Positions 48,115 through 62,230 of a stretch of DNA of 64,000 nt are shown piece after piece. The position numbers were made by a program, and so were the translations under genes. Origin of the DNA: Auanema rhodensis (lineage: Eukaryota; Animalia; Nematoda). Position 1 is the first letter of the stretch. Every line of letters starts with the position of its first letter. Location of the stretch: the NCBI GenBank assembly GCA_964057225.1, contig OZ059898.1, forward strand, positions 13,950,001 to 14,014,000, written 5' to 3'. The notes under the pieces were generated by a model. It saw nothing but the letters and a program-made list of their open reading frames with translations. It was not told the DNA's origin and did no database searches.

Positions 48115-51100
48115 TACGATGGCTCTTGAACTATTTGATTAGATGAGTTGACACATCTTTGACTTCATATATAATTACAGAATGAAAAGCAGAAACATAT
48201 TTTTTTCAAACGTTTCACATCAAAAATTCAAAAATGGACAAGCTCAAGTATTTTCAAAAACTTTGCAACATATTGCAATCAAATCATTCACAAAAAATGA
48301 AAAATGTATGCGTTCGGGGGGAATCGAACCCCCGTCGAATGCTTGGAAGGCATCCATGCTGACCATTACACCACGAACGCTACGATGGCTCTTGAACTAT
48401 TTGATTAGATGAGTTGACACATCTTTGACTTCATTGATAATTACGAATGAAAAGCAGTAACATATTTTTTTCAAACGTTTCACATCAAAAATTCAAAAAT
48501 GGACAAGCTCAAGTATTTTCAAAAACTTTGCAACATATTGCAATCAAATCATTCACAAAAAATGAAAAATGTATGCTTTCGGGGGGAATCTAACCCCCGT
48601 CGAATGCTTGGAAGGCATCCATGCTGATCATTACACCACGAACGCTACGATGGCTCTTGAACTATTTGATTAGATGAGTTGACACATCTTTGACTTCATA
48701 TATAATTACAGAATGAAAAGCAGAAACATATTTTTTTCAAACGTTTCACATCAAAAATTCAAAAATGGACAAGCTCAAGTATTTTCAAAAACTTTGCAAC
48801 ATATTGCAATCAAATCATTCACAAAAAATGAAAAATGTATGCGTTCGGGGGGAATCGAACCCCCGTCGAATGCTTGGAAGGCATCCATGCTGACCATTAC
48901 ACCACGAACGCTACGATGGCTCTTGAACTATTTGATTAGATGAGTTGACACATCTTTGACTTCATTGATAATTACGAATGAAAAGCAGTAACATATTTTT
49001 TTCAAACGTTTCACATCAAAAATTCAAAAATGGACAAGCTCAAGTATTTTCAAAATCTTTGCAACATATTGCAAAACGTCAAACCATTCTTAAAAAATGA
49101 AAAATGTATGCGTTCGGGGGGAATCGAACCCCCGTCGAATGCTTGGAAGGCATCCATGCTGACCATTACACCACGAACGCTACAATAGGTTGTGAACTAT
49201 TAGATTAGATGAGTTGACACATCTTTGACTTCATTGATAATTACGAATGAAAAGCAGTAACATATTTTTTTCAAACGTTTCACATCAAAAATTCAAAAAT
49301 GGACAAGCTCAAGTATTTTCAAAATCTTTGCGACATATTGCAATCAAATCATTCACAAAAAATGAAAAATGTATGCGTTCGGGGGGAATCTAACCCCCGT
49401 CGAATGCTTGGAAGGCATCCATGCTGATCATTACACCACGAACGCTACGATGGCTCTTGAACTATTTGATTAGATGAGTTGACACATCTTTGACTTCATA
49501 TATAATTACAGAATGAAAAGCAGAAACATATTTTTTTCAAACGTTTCACATCAAAAATTCAAAAATGGACAAGCTCAAGTATTTTCAAAAACTTTGCAAC
49601 ATATTGCAATCAAATCATTCACAAAAAATGAAAAATGTATGCGTTCGGGGGGAATCTAACCCCCGTCGAATGCTTGGAAGGCATCCATGCTGATCATTAC
49701 ACCACGAACGCTACGATGGCTCTTGAACTATTTGATTAGATGAGTTGACACATCTTTGACTTCATATATAATTACAGAATGAAAAGCAGAAACATATTTT
49801 TTTCAAACGTTTCACATCAAAAATTCAAAAATGGACAAGCTCAAGTATTTTCAAAAACTTTGCAACATATTGCAATCAAATCATTCACAAAAAATGAAAA
49901 ATGTATGCGTTCGGGGGGAATCGAACCCCCGTCGAATGCTTGGAAGGCATCCATGCTGACCATTACACCACGAACGCTACGATGGCTCTTGAACTATTTG
50001 ATTAGATGAGTTGACACATCTTTGACTTCATTGATAATTACGAATGAAAAGCAGTAACATATTTTTTTCAAACGTTTCACATCAAAAATTCAAAAATGGA
50101 CAAGCTCAAGTATTTTCAAAATCTTTGCAACATATTGCAAAACGTCAAACCATTCTTAAAAAATGAAAAATGTATGCGTTCGGGGGGAATCGAACCCCCG
50201 TCGAATGCTTGGAAGGCATCCATGCTGACCATTACACCACGAACGCTACAATAGGTTGTGAACTATTAGATTAGATGAGTTGACACATCTTTGACTTCAT
50301 TGATAATTACGAATGAAAAGCAGTAACATATTTTTTTCAAACGTTTCACATCAAAAATTCGAAAATGGACAAGCTCAAGTATTTTCAAAATCTTTGCAAC
50401 ATATTGCAATCAAATCATTCACAAAAAATGAAAAATGTATGCGTTCGGGGGGAATCGAACCCCCGTCGAATGCTTGGAAGGCATCCATGCTGACCATTAC
50501 ACCACGAACGCTACGATGGCTCTTGAACTATTAGATTAGATGAGTTGACACATCTTTGACTTCATTGATAATTACGAATGAAAAGCAGTAACATATTTTT
50601 TTCAAACGTTTCACATCAAAAATTCAAAAATGGACAAGCTCAAGTACTTTCAAAATCTTTGCAACATATTGCAATCAAATCATTCACAAAAAATGAAAAA
50701 TGTATGCGTTCGGGGGGAATCGAACCCCCGTCGAATGCTTGGAAGGCATCCATGCTGACTATTACACCACGAACGCTACGATGGCTCTTGAACTATTAGA
50801 TTAGATGAGTTGACACATCTTTGACTTCATATATAATTACAGAATGAGAAGCAGAAACATAACATATTTCCACGAACGCTACGATGGTCGAACCCCCGTC
50901 GACGATAATCGAACCCCCCGTCGAATGCTTGGAAGGCATCCATGCTGACCATTACACCACGAACGCTACGATGGCTCTTGAACTATTAGATTAGATGAGT
51001 TGACACATCTTTGACTTCATATATAATTACGAATGAAAAGCAGTAACATATTTTTTTCAAACGTTTCACATCAAAAAATCAAAAATGGACAAGCTCAAGT

Positions 51101-54100
51101 ACTTTCAAAATCTTTGCAACATATTGCAAAACGTCAAACCATTCTTAAAAAATGAAAAATGTATGCGTTCGGGGGGAATCGAACCCCCGTCGAATGCTTG
51201 GAAGGCATCCATGCTGACCATTACACCACGAACGCTACAATAGGTTGTGAACTATTAGATTAGATGAGTTGACACATCTTTGACTTCATATATAATTACG
51301 AATGAAAAGCAGTAACATATTTTTTTCAAACGTTCCACATCGAAAATTCAAAAATGGACAAGCTCAAGTACTTTCAAAATCTTTGCAACATATTGCAAAA
51401 CGTCAAACCATTCTTAAAAAATGAAAAATGTATGCGTTCGGGGGGAATCGAACCCCCGTCGAATGCTTGGAAGGCATCCATGCTGACCATTACACCACGA
51501 ACGCTACGATGGCTCTTGAACTATTAGATTAGATGAGTTGACACATCTTTGACTTCATATATAATTACGAATGAAAAGCAGTAACATATTTTTTTCAAAC
51601 GTTTCACATCAAAAATTCAAAAATGGACAAGCTCAAGTATTTTCAAGATCTTTGCAACATATTGCAAAACGTTAAACCATTCTTGAAAAATGAAAAATGT
51701 ATGCGTTCGGGAGGAATCGAACCCCCGTCGAATGTTTGGAAGGCATCCATGCTGACCATTACACCACGAACGCTACGATGGCTCTTGAACTATTAGATTA
51801 GATGAGTTGACACATCTTTGACTTCATATATAATTACAGAATGAAAAGCAGAAACATATTTTTTTCAAACGTTTCACATCAAAAATTCAAAAATGGACAA
51901 GCTCAAGTATTTTCAAGATCTTTGCAACATATAGCAAAACGTCAAACCATTCTTAAAAAATGAAAAATGTATGCGTTCGGGGGGAATCGAACCCCCGTCG
52001 AATGCTTGGAAGGCATCCATGCTGACCATTACACCACGAACGCTACAATAGGTTGTGAACTATTAGATTAGATGAGTTGACACATCTTTGACTTCATATA
52101 TAATTACGAATGAAAAGCAGTAACATATTTTTTTCAAACGTTTCACATCAAAAAATCAAAAATGGACAAGCTCAAGTATTTTCAAAATCTTTGCAACATA
52201 TTGCAATCAAATCGTTCAGAAAAAATGAAAAATGTGTGCGTTCGGGGGGAATCGAACCCCCGTCGAATGCTTGGAAGGCATCCATGCTGACCATTACACC
52301 ACGAACGCTACAATAGGTTGTGAACTATTAGATTAGATGAGTTGACACATCTTTGACTTCATATATAATTACGAATGAAAAGCAGTAACATATTTTTTTC
52401 AAACGTTTCACATCAAAAATTCAAAAATGGACAAGCTCAAGTACTTTCAAAATCTTTGCAACATATTGCAAAACGTCAAACCATTCTTAAAAAATGAAAA
52501 ATGTATGCGTTCGGGGGGAATCGAACCCCCGTCGAATGCTTGGAAGGCATCCATGCTGACCATTACACCACGAACGCTACGATGGCTCTTGAACTATTTG
52601 ATTAGATGAGTTGACACATCTTTGACTTCATATATAATTACAGAATGAAAAGCAGAAACATATTTTTTTCAAACGTTTCACATCAAAAATTCAAAAATGG
52701 ACAAGCTCAAGTATTTTCAAGATCTTTGCAACATATAGCAAAACGTCAAACCATTCTTAAAAAATGAAAAATGTATGCGTTCGGGGGGAATCGAACCCCC
52801 GTCGAATGCTTGGAAGGCATCCATGCTGACCATTACACCACGAACGCTACGATGGCTCTTGAACTATTAGATTAGATGAGTTGACGCATCTTTGACTTCA
52901 TATACAATTACAGAATGAAAAGCAGTAACATATTTTTTTCAAACGTTTCACATCAAAAAATCAAAAATGGACAAGCTCAAGTATTTTCAAAATCTTTGCA
53001 ACATATTGCAATCAAATCGTTCAGAAAAAATGAAAAATGTGTGCGTTCGGGGGGAATCGAACCCCCGTCGAATGCTTGGAAGGCATCCATGCTGACCATT
53101 ACACCACGAACGCTACAATAGGTTGTGAACTATTAGATTAGATGAGTTGACACATCTTTGACTTCATATATAATTACGAATGAAAAGCAGTAACATATTT
53201 TTTTCAAACGTTTCACATCAAAAATTCAAAAATGGACAAGCTCAAGTACTTTCAAAATCTTTGCAACATATTGCAAAACGTCAAACCATTCTTAAAAAAT
53301 GAAAAATGTATGCGTTCGGGGGGAATCGAACCCCCGTCGAATGCTTGGAAGGCATCCATGCTGACAATTACACCACGAACGCTACGATGGCTCTTGAACT
53401 ATTAGATTAGATGAGTTGACACATCTTTGACTTCATATATAATTACGAATGAAAAGCAGTAACATATTTTTTTCAAACGTTTCACATCAAAAAATCAAAA
53501 ATGGACAAGCTCAAGTACTTTCAAAATCTTTGCTGTATATTGCAAAACGTCAAACCATTCAGAAAAAATGAAAAATGTGTGCGTTCGGGGGGAATCGAAC
53601 CCCCGTCGAATGCTTGGAAGGCATCCATGCTGACCATTACACCACGAACGCTACAATAGGTTGTGAACTATTAGATTAGATGAGTTGACACATCTTTGAC
53701 TTCATATATAATTACGAATGAAAAGCAGTAACATATTTTTTTCAAACGTTTCACATCAAAAATTCAAAAATGGACAAGCTCAAGTACTTTCAAAATCTTT
53801 GCAACATATTGCAAAACGTCAAACCATTCTTAAAAAATGAAAAATGTATGCGTTCGGGGGGAATCGAACCCCCGTCGAATGCTTGGAAGGCATCCATGCT
53901 GACAATTACACCACGAACGCTACGATGGCTCTTGAACTATTAGATTAGATGAGTTGACACATCTTTGACTTCATATATAATTACGAATGAAAAGCAGTAA
54001 CATATTTTTTTCAAACGTTTCACATCAAAAAATCAAAAATGGACAAGCTCAAGTACTTTCAAAATCTTTGCTGTATATTGCAAAACGTCAAACCATTCTT

Positions 54101-54117
54101 AAAAAATGAAAAATGTA

Positions 54118-54189
54118 TGCGTTCGGGGGGAATCGAACCCCAGTCGAATGCTTCGAAGGCATCCATGCTGACCATTACACCACGAACGC
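54118..54189 (-). tRNA. tRNA-Gly body with anticodon TCG (Arg) and a T-stem mismatch; probable pseudogene
   Basis: + strand CTTCGAAGG instead of CTTGGAAGG, and CCCAGTCG instead of CCCCGTCG. Confidence 0.6.
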
Positions 54190-57100
54190 TACGATGGCTC
54201 TTGAACTATTAGATTAGATGAGTTGACACATCTTTGACTTCATATATAATTACGAATGAAAAGCAGTAACATATTTTTTTCAAACGTTTCACATCAAAAA
54301 ATCAAAAATGGACAAGCTCAAGTACTTTCAAAATCTTTGCAACATATTGCAAAACGTCAAACCATTCTTAAAAAATGAAAAATGTATGCGTTCGGGGGGA
54401 ATCGAACCCCCGTCGAATGCTTGGAAGGCATCCATGCTGACCATTACACCACGAACGCTACAATAGGTTGTGAACTATTAGATTAGATGAGTTGACACAT
54501 CTTTGACTTCATATATAATTACGAATGAAAAGCAGTAACATATTTTTTTCAAACGTTTCACATCAAAAATTCAAAAATGGACAAGCTCAAGTACTTTCAA
54601 AATCTTTGCAACATATTGCAAAACGTCAAACCATTCTTAAAAAATGAAAAATGTATGCGTTCGGGGGGAATCGAACCCCCGTCGAATGCTTGGAAGGCAT
54701 CCATGCTGACCATTACACCACGAACGCTACGATGGCTCTTGAACTATTAGATTAGATGAGTTGACACATCTTTGACTTCATATATAATTACGAATGAAAA
54801 GCAGTAACATATTTTTTTCAAACGTTTCACATCAAAAATTCAAAAATGGACAAGCTCAAGTATTTTCAAGATCTTTGCAACATATTGCAAAACGTTAAAC
54901 CATTCTTGAAAAATGAAAAATGTATGCGTTCGGGGGGAATCGAACCCCCGTCGAATGCTTGGAAGGCATCCATGCTGACCATTACACCACGAACGCTACG
55001 ATGGCTCTTGAACTATTAGATTAGATGAGTTGACACATCTTTGACTTCATATATAATTACAGAATGAAAAGCAGAAACATATTTTTTTCAAACGTTTCAC
55101 ATCAAAAATTCAAAAATGGACAAGCTCAAGTATTTTCAAGATCTTTGCAACATATAGCAAAACGTCAAACCATTCTTAAAAAATGGAAAATGTATGCGTT
55201 CGGGGGGAATCGAACCCCCGTCGAATGCTTGGAAGGCATCCATGCTGACCATTACACCACGAACGCTACAATAGGTTGTGAACTATTAGATTAGATGAGT
55301 TGACACATCTTTGACTTCATATATAATTACGAATGAAAAGCAGTAACATATTTTTTTCAAACGTTTCACATCAAAAAATCAAAAATGGACAAGCTCAAGT
55401 ATTTTCAAAATCTTTGCAACATATTGCAATAAAATCGTTCAGAAAAAATGAAAAATGTGTGCGTTCGGGGGGAATCGAACCCCCGTCGAATGCTTGGAAG
55501 GCATCCATGCTGACCATTACACCACGAACGCTACAATAGGTTGTGAACTATTAGATTAGATGAGTTGACACATCTTTGACTTCATATATAATTACGAATG
55601 AAAAGCAGTAACCTATTTTTTTCAAACGTTTCACATCAAAAATTCAAAAATGGACAAGCTCAAGTACTTTCAAAATCTTTGCAACATATTGCAAAACGTC
55701 AAACCATTCTTAAAAAATGAAAAATGTATGCGTTCGGGGGGAATCGAACCCCCGTCGAATGCTTGGAAGGCATCCATGCTGACCATTACACCACGAACGC
55801 TACAATAGGTTGTGAACTATTAGATTAGATGAGTTGACACATCTTTGACTTCATATATAATTACGAATGAAAAGCAGTAACATATTTTTTTCAAACGTTT
55901 CACATCAAAAAATCAAAAATGGACAAGCTCAAGTACTTTCAAAATCTTTGCTGTATATTGCAAAACGTCAAACCATTCTTAAAAAATGAAAAATGTATGC
56001 GTTCGGGGGGAATCGAACCCCCGTCGAATGCTTGGAAGGCATCCATGCTGACCATTACACCACGAACGCTACGATGGCTCTTGAACTATTAGATTAGATG
56101 AGTTGACACATCTTTGACTTCATATATAATTACGAATGAAAAGCAGTAACATATTTTTTTCAAACGTTTCACATCAAAAAATCAAAAATGGACAAGCTCA
56201 AGTACTTTCAAAATCTTTGCTGTATATTGCAAAACGTCAAACCATTCTTAAAAAATGAAAAATGTATGCGTTCGGGGGGAATCGAACCCCCGTCGAATGC
56301 TTGGAAGGCATCCATGCTGACCATTACACCACGAACGCTACAATAGGTTGTGAACTATTAGATTAGATGAGTTGACACATCTTTGACTTCATATATAATT
56401 ACGAATGAAAAGCAGTAACATATTTTTTTCAAACGTTTCACATCAAAAATTCAAAAATGGACAAGCTCAAGTACTTTCAAAATCTTTGCAACATATTGCA
56501 AAACGTCAAACCATTCTTAAAAAATGAAAAATGTATGCGTTCGGGGGGAATCGAACCCCCGTCGAATGCTTGGAAGGCATCCATGCTGACCATTACACCA
56601 CGAACGCTACGATGGCTCTTGAACTATTAGATTAGATGAGTTGACACATCTTTGACTTCATTGATAATTACGAATGAAAAGCAGAAACATATTTTTTCAA
56701 CGTTTCACATCAAAAAATCAAAAATGGACAAGCTCAAGTATTTTCAAAATCTTTGCAACATATTGCAATCAAATCGTTCACAAAAAATGAAAAATGTATG
56801 CGTTCGGGGGGAATCGAACCCCCGTCGAATGCTTGGAAGGCATCCATGCTGACCATTACACCACGAACGCTACGATGGCTCTTGAACTATTTGATTAGAT
56901 GAGTTGACACATCTTTGACTTCATTGATAATTACGAATGAAAAGCAGTAACATATTTTTTTCAAACGTTTCACATCGAAAATTCAAAAATGGACAAGCTC
57001 AAGTACTTTCAAAATCTTTGCAACATATTGCAAAACGTCAAACCATTCTTAAAAAATGAAAAATGTATGCGTTCGGGGGGAATCGAACCCCCGTCGAATG

Positions 57101-60100
57101 CTTGGAAGGCATCCATGCTGACCATTACACCACGAACGCTACAATAGGTTGTGAACTATTAGATTAGATGAGTTGACACATCTTTGACTTCATTGATAAT
57201 TACGAATGAAAAGCAGTAACATATTTTTTTCAAACGTTTCACATCAAAAATTCAAAAATGGACAAGCTCAAGTATTTTCAAAATCTTTGCAACATATTGC
57301 AAAACGTCAAATCATTCAGCAAAAATGAATAATGTATGCGTTCGGGGGGAATCGAACCCCCGTCGAATGCTTGGAAGGCATCCATGCTGACCATTACACC
57401 ACGAACGCTACGATGGCTCTTGAACTATTTGATTAGATGAGTTGACACATCTTTGACTTCATATATAATTACGAATGAAAAGCAGTAACATATTTTTTTC
57501 AAATGTTTCACATCAAAAAATCAAAAATGGACAAGCTCAAGTATTTTCAAAATCTTTGCAACATATTGCAATCAAATCGTTCAGAAAAAATGAAAAATGT
57601 GTGCGTTCGGGGGGAATCGAACCCCCGTCGAATGCTTGGAAGGCATCCATGCTGACCATTACACCACGAACGCTACAATAGGTTGTGAACTATTAGATTA
57701 GATGAGTTGACACATCTTTGACTTCATATATAATTACGAATGAAAAGCAGTAACATATTTTTTTCAAACGTTTCACATCAAAAATTCAAAAATGGACAAG
57801 CTCAAGTACTTTCAAAATCTTTGCAACATATTGCAAAACGTCAAACCATTCTTAAAAAATGAAAAATGTATGCGTTCGGGGGGAATCGAACCCCCGTCGA
57901 ATGCTTGGAAGGCATCCATGCTGACCATTACACCGCGAACGCTACAATAGGTTGTGAACTATTAGATTAGATGAGTTGACACATCTTTGACTTCATATAT
58001 AATTACGAATGAAAAGCAGTAACATATTTTTTTCAAACGTTTCACATCAAAAAATCAAAAATGGACAAGCTCAAGTACTTTCAAAATCTTTGCTGTATAT
58101 TGCAAAACGTCAAACCATTCTTAAAAAATGAAAAATGTATGCGTTCGGGGGGAATCGAACCCCCGTCGAATGCTTGGAAGGCATCCATGCTGACCATTAC
58201 ACCACGAACGCTACGATGGCTCTTGAACTATTTGATTAGATGAGTTGACACATCTTTGACTTCATTGATAATTACGAATGAAAAGCAGTAACATATTTTT
58301 TTCAAACGTTTCACATCGAAAATTCAAAAATGGACAAGCTCAAGTACTTTCAAAATCTTTGCAACATATTGCAAAACGTCAAACCATTCTTAAAAAATGA
58401 AAAATGTATGCGTTCGGGGGGAATCGAACCCCCGTCGAATGCTTGGAAGGCATCCATGCTGACCATTACACCACGAACGCTACAATAGGTTGTGAACTAT
58501 TAGATTAGATGAGTTGACACATCTTTGACTTCATATATAATTACGAATGAAAAGCAGTAACATATTTTTTTCAAACGTTTCACATCAAAAAATCAAAAAT
58601 GGACAAGCTCAAGTACTTTCAAAATCTTTGCAACATATTGCAAAACGTCAAACCATTCTTAAAAAATGAAAAATGTATGCGTTCGGGGGGAATCGAACCC
58701 CCGTCGAATGCTTGGAAGGCATCCATGCTGACCATTACACCACGAACGCTACGATGGCTCTTGAACTATTAGATTAGATGAGTTGACACATCTTTGACTT
58801 CATATATAATTACGAATGAAAAGCAGTAACATATTTTTTTCAAACGTTTCACATCAAAAAATCAAAAATGGACAAGCTCAAGTACTTTCAAAATCTTTGC
58901 AACATATTGCAAAACGTCAAACCATTCTTAAAAAATGAAAAATGTATGCGTTCGGGGGGAATCGAACCCCCGTCGAATGCTTGGAAGGCATCCATGCTGA
59001 CCATTACACCACGAACGCTACGATGGCTCTTGAACTATTAGATTAGATGAGTTGACACATCTTTGACTTCATATATAATTACGAATGAAAAGCAGTAACA
59101 TATTTTTTTCAAATGTTTCACATCAAAAAATCAAAAATGGACAAGCTCAAGTATTTTCAAAATCTTTGCAACATATTGCAATCAAATCGTTCAGAAAAAA
59201 TGAAAAATGTGTGCGTTCGGGGGGAATCGAACCCCCGTCGAATGCTTGGAAGGCATCCATGCTGACCATTACACCACGAACGCTACAATAGGTTGTGAAC
59301 TATTAGATTAGATGAGTTGACACATCTTTGACTTCATATATAATTACGAATGAAAAGCAGTAACATATTTTTTTCAAACGTTTCACATCAAAAATTCAAA
59401 AATGGACAAGCTCAAGTACTTTCAAAATCTTTGCAACATATTGCAAAACGTCAAACCATTCTTAAAAAATGAAAAATGTATGCGTTCGGGGGGAATCGAA
59501 CCCCCGTCGAATGCTTGGAAGGCATCCATGCTGACCATTACACCGCGAACGCTACAATAGGTTGTGAACTATTAGATTAGATGAGTTGACACATCTTTGA
59601 CTTCATATATAATTACGAATGAAAAGCAGTAACATATTTTTTTCAAACGTTTCACATCAAAAAATCAAAAATGGACAAGCTCAAGTACTTTCAAAATCTT
59701 TGCTGTATATTGCAAAACGTCAAACCATTCTTAAAAAATGAAAAATGTATGCGTTCGGGGGGAATCGAACCCCCGTCGAATGCTTGGAAGGCATCCATGC
59801 TGACCATTACACCACGAACGCTACAATAGGTTGTGAACTATTAGATTAGATGAGTTGACACATCTTTGACTTCATATATAATTACGAATGAAAAGCAGTA
59901 ACATATTTTTTTCAAACGTTTCACATCAAAAATTCAAAAATGGACAAGCTCAAGTACTTTCAAAATCTTTGCAACATATTGCAAAACGTCAAACCATTCT
60001 TAAAAAATGAAAAATGTATGCGTTTGGGGGGAATCGAACCCCCGTCGAATGCTTGGAAGGCATCCATGCTGACCATTACACCACGAACGCTACAATAGGT

Positions 60101-62158
60101 TGTGAACTATTAGATCAGATGAGTTGACACATCTTTGACTTCATTGATAATTACGAATGAAAAGCAGTAACATATTTTTTTCAAACGTTTCACATCAAAA
60201 ATTCAAAAATGGACAAGCTCAAGTACTTTCAAAATCTTTGCAACATATTGCAAAACGTCAAACCATTCTTAAAAAACGAAAAATGTATGCGTTCGGGGGG
60301 AATCGAACCCCCGTCGAATGCTTGGAAGGCATCCATGCTGACCATTACACCACGAACGCTACGATGGCTCTTGAACTATTAGATTAGATGAGTTGACACA
60401 TCTTTGACTTCATTGATAATTACGAATGAAAAGCAGTAACATATTTTTTTCAAACGTTTCACATCAAAAAATCAAAAATGGACAAGCTCAAGTATTTTCA
60501 AAATCTTTGCAACATATTGCAATCAAATCGTTCACAAAAAATGAAAAATGTATGCGTTCGGGGGGAATCGAACCCCCGTCGAATGCTTGGAAGGCATCCA
60601 TGCTGACCATTACACCACGAACGCTACGATGGCTCTTGAACTATTTGATTAGATGAGTTGACACATCTTTGACTTCATTGATAATTACGAATGAAAAGCA
60701 GTAACATATTTTTTTCAAACGTTTCACATCGAAAATTCAAAAATGGACAAGCTCAAGTACTTTCAAAATCTTTGCAACATATTGCAAAACGTCAAACCAT
60801 TCTTAAAAAATGAAAAATGTATGCGTTCGGGGGGAATCGAACCCCCGTCGAATGCTTGGAAGGCATCCATGCTGACCATTACACCACGAACGCTACAATA
60901 GGTTGTGAACTATTAGATTAGATGAGTTGACACATCTTTGACTTCATTGATAATTACGAATGAAAAGCAGTAACATATTTTTTTCAAACGTTTCACATCA
61001 AAAATTCAAAAATGGACAAGCTCAAGTATTTTCAAAATCTTTGCAACATATTGCAAAACGTCAAATCATTCAGCAAAAATGAAAAATGTATGCGTTCGGG
61101 GGGAATCGAACCCCCGTCGAATGCTTGGAAGGCATCCATGCTGACCATTACACCACGAACGCTACAATAGGTTGTGAACTATTAGATTAGATGAGTTGAC
61201 ACATCTTTGACTTCATTGATAATTACGAATGAAAAGCAGTAACATATTTTTTTCAAACGTTTCACATCAAAAATTCAAAAATGGACAAGCTCAAGTACTT
61301 TCAAAATCTTTGCAACATATTGCAAAACGTCAAACCATTCTTAAAAAATGAAAAATGTATGCGTTCGGGGGAAATCGAACCCCCGTCGAATGCTTGGAAG
61401 GCATCCATGCTGACCATTACACCACGAACGCTACGATGGCTCTTGAACTATTTGATTAGATGAGTTGACACATCTTTGACTTCATATATAATTACGAATG
61501 AAAAGCAGTAACATATTTTTTTCAAACGTTTCACATCAAAAAATCAAAAATGGACAAGCTCAAGTATTTTCAAAATCTTTGCAACATATTGCAAAACGTC
61601 AAACCATTCTTAAAAAATGAAAAATGTATGCGTTCGGGGGAAATCGAACCCCCGTCGAATGCTTGGAAGGCATCCATGCTGACCATTACACCACGAACGC
61701 TACAATAGGTTGTGAACTATTAGATTAGATGAGTTGACACATCTTTGACTTCATATATAATTACGAATGAAAAGCAGAAACATATTTTTTTCAAACGTTT
61801 CACATCAAAAATTCAAAAATGGACAAGCTCAAGTATTTTCAAAATCTTTGCAACATATTGCAATCAAATCATTCACAAAAAATGAAAAATGTATGCGTTC
61901 GGGGGGAATCAAACCCCCGTCGAATGCTTGGAAGGCATCCATGCTGACCATTACACCACGAACGCTACGATGGCTCTTGAACTATTAGATTAGATGAGTT
62001 GACACATCTTTGACTTCATTGATAATTACGAATGAAAAGCAGTAACATATTTTTTTCAAACGTTTCACATCAAAAAATCAAAAATGAACAAGCTCAAGTA
62101 TTTTCAAAATCTTTGCAACATATTGCAATCAAATCATTCACAAAAAATGAAAAATGTA

Positions 62159-62230
62159 TGCGTTCGGGGGGAATCGAACCCCCGTCGAATGCTTGGTAGG
62201 CATCCATGCTGACCATTACACCACGAACGC
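62159..62230 (-). tRNA. tRNA-Gly with anticodon ACC
   Basis: + strand CTTGGTAGG gives anticodon loop CTACCAA; the rest of the gene is consensus. Confidence 0.65.
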
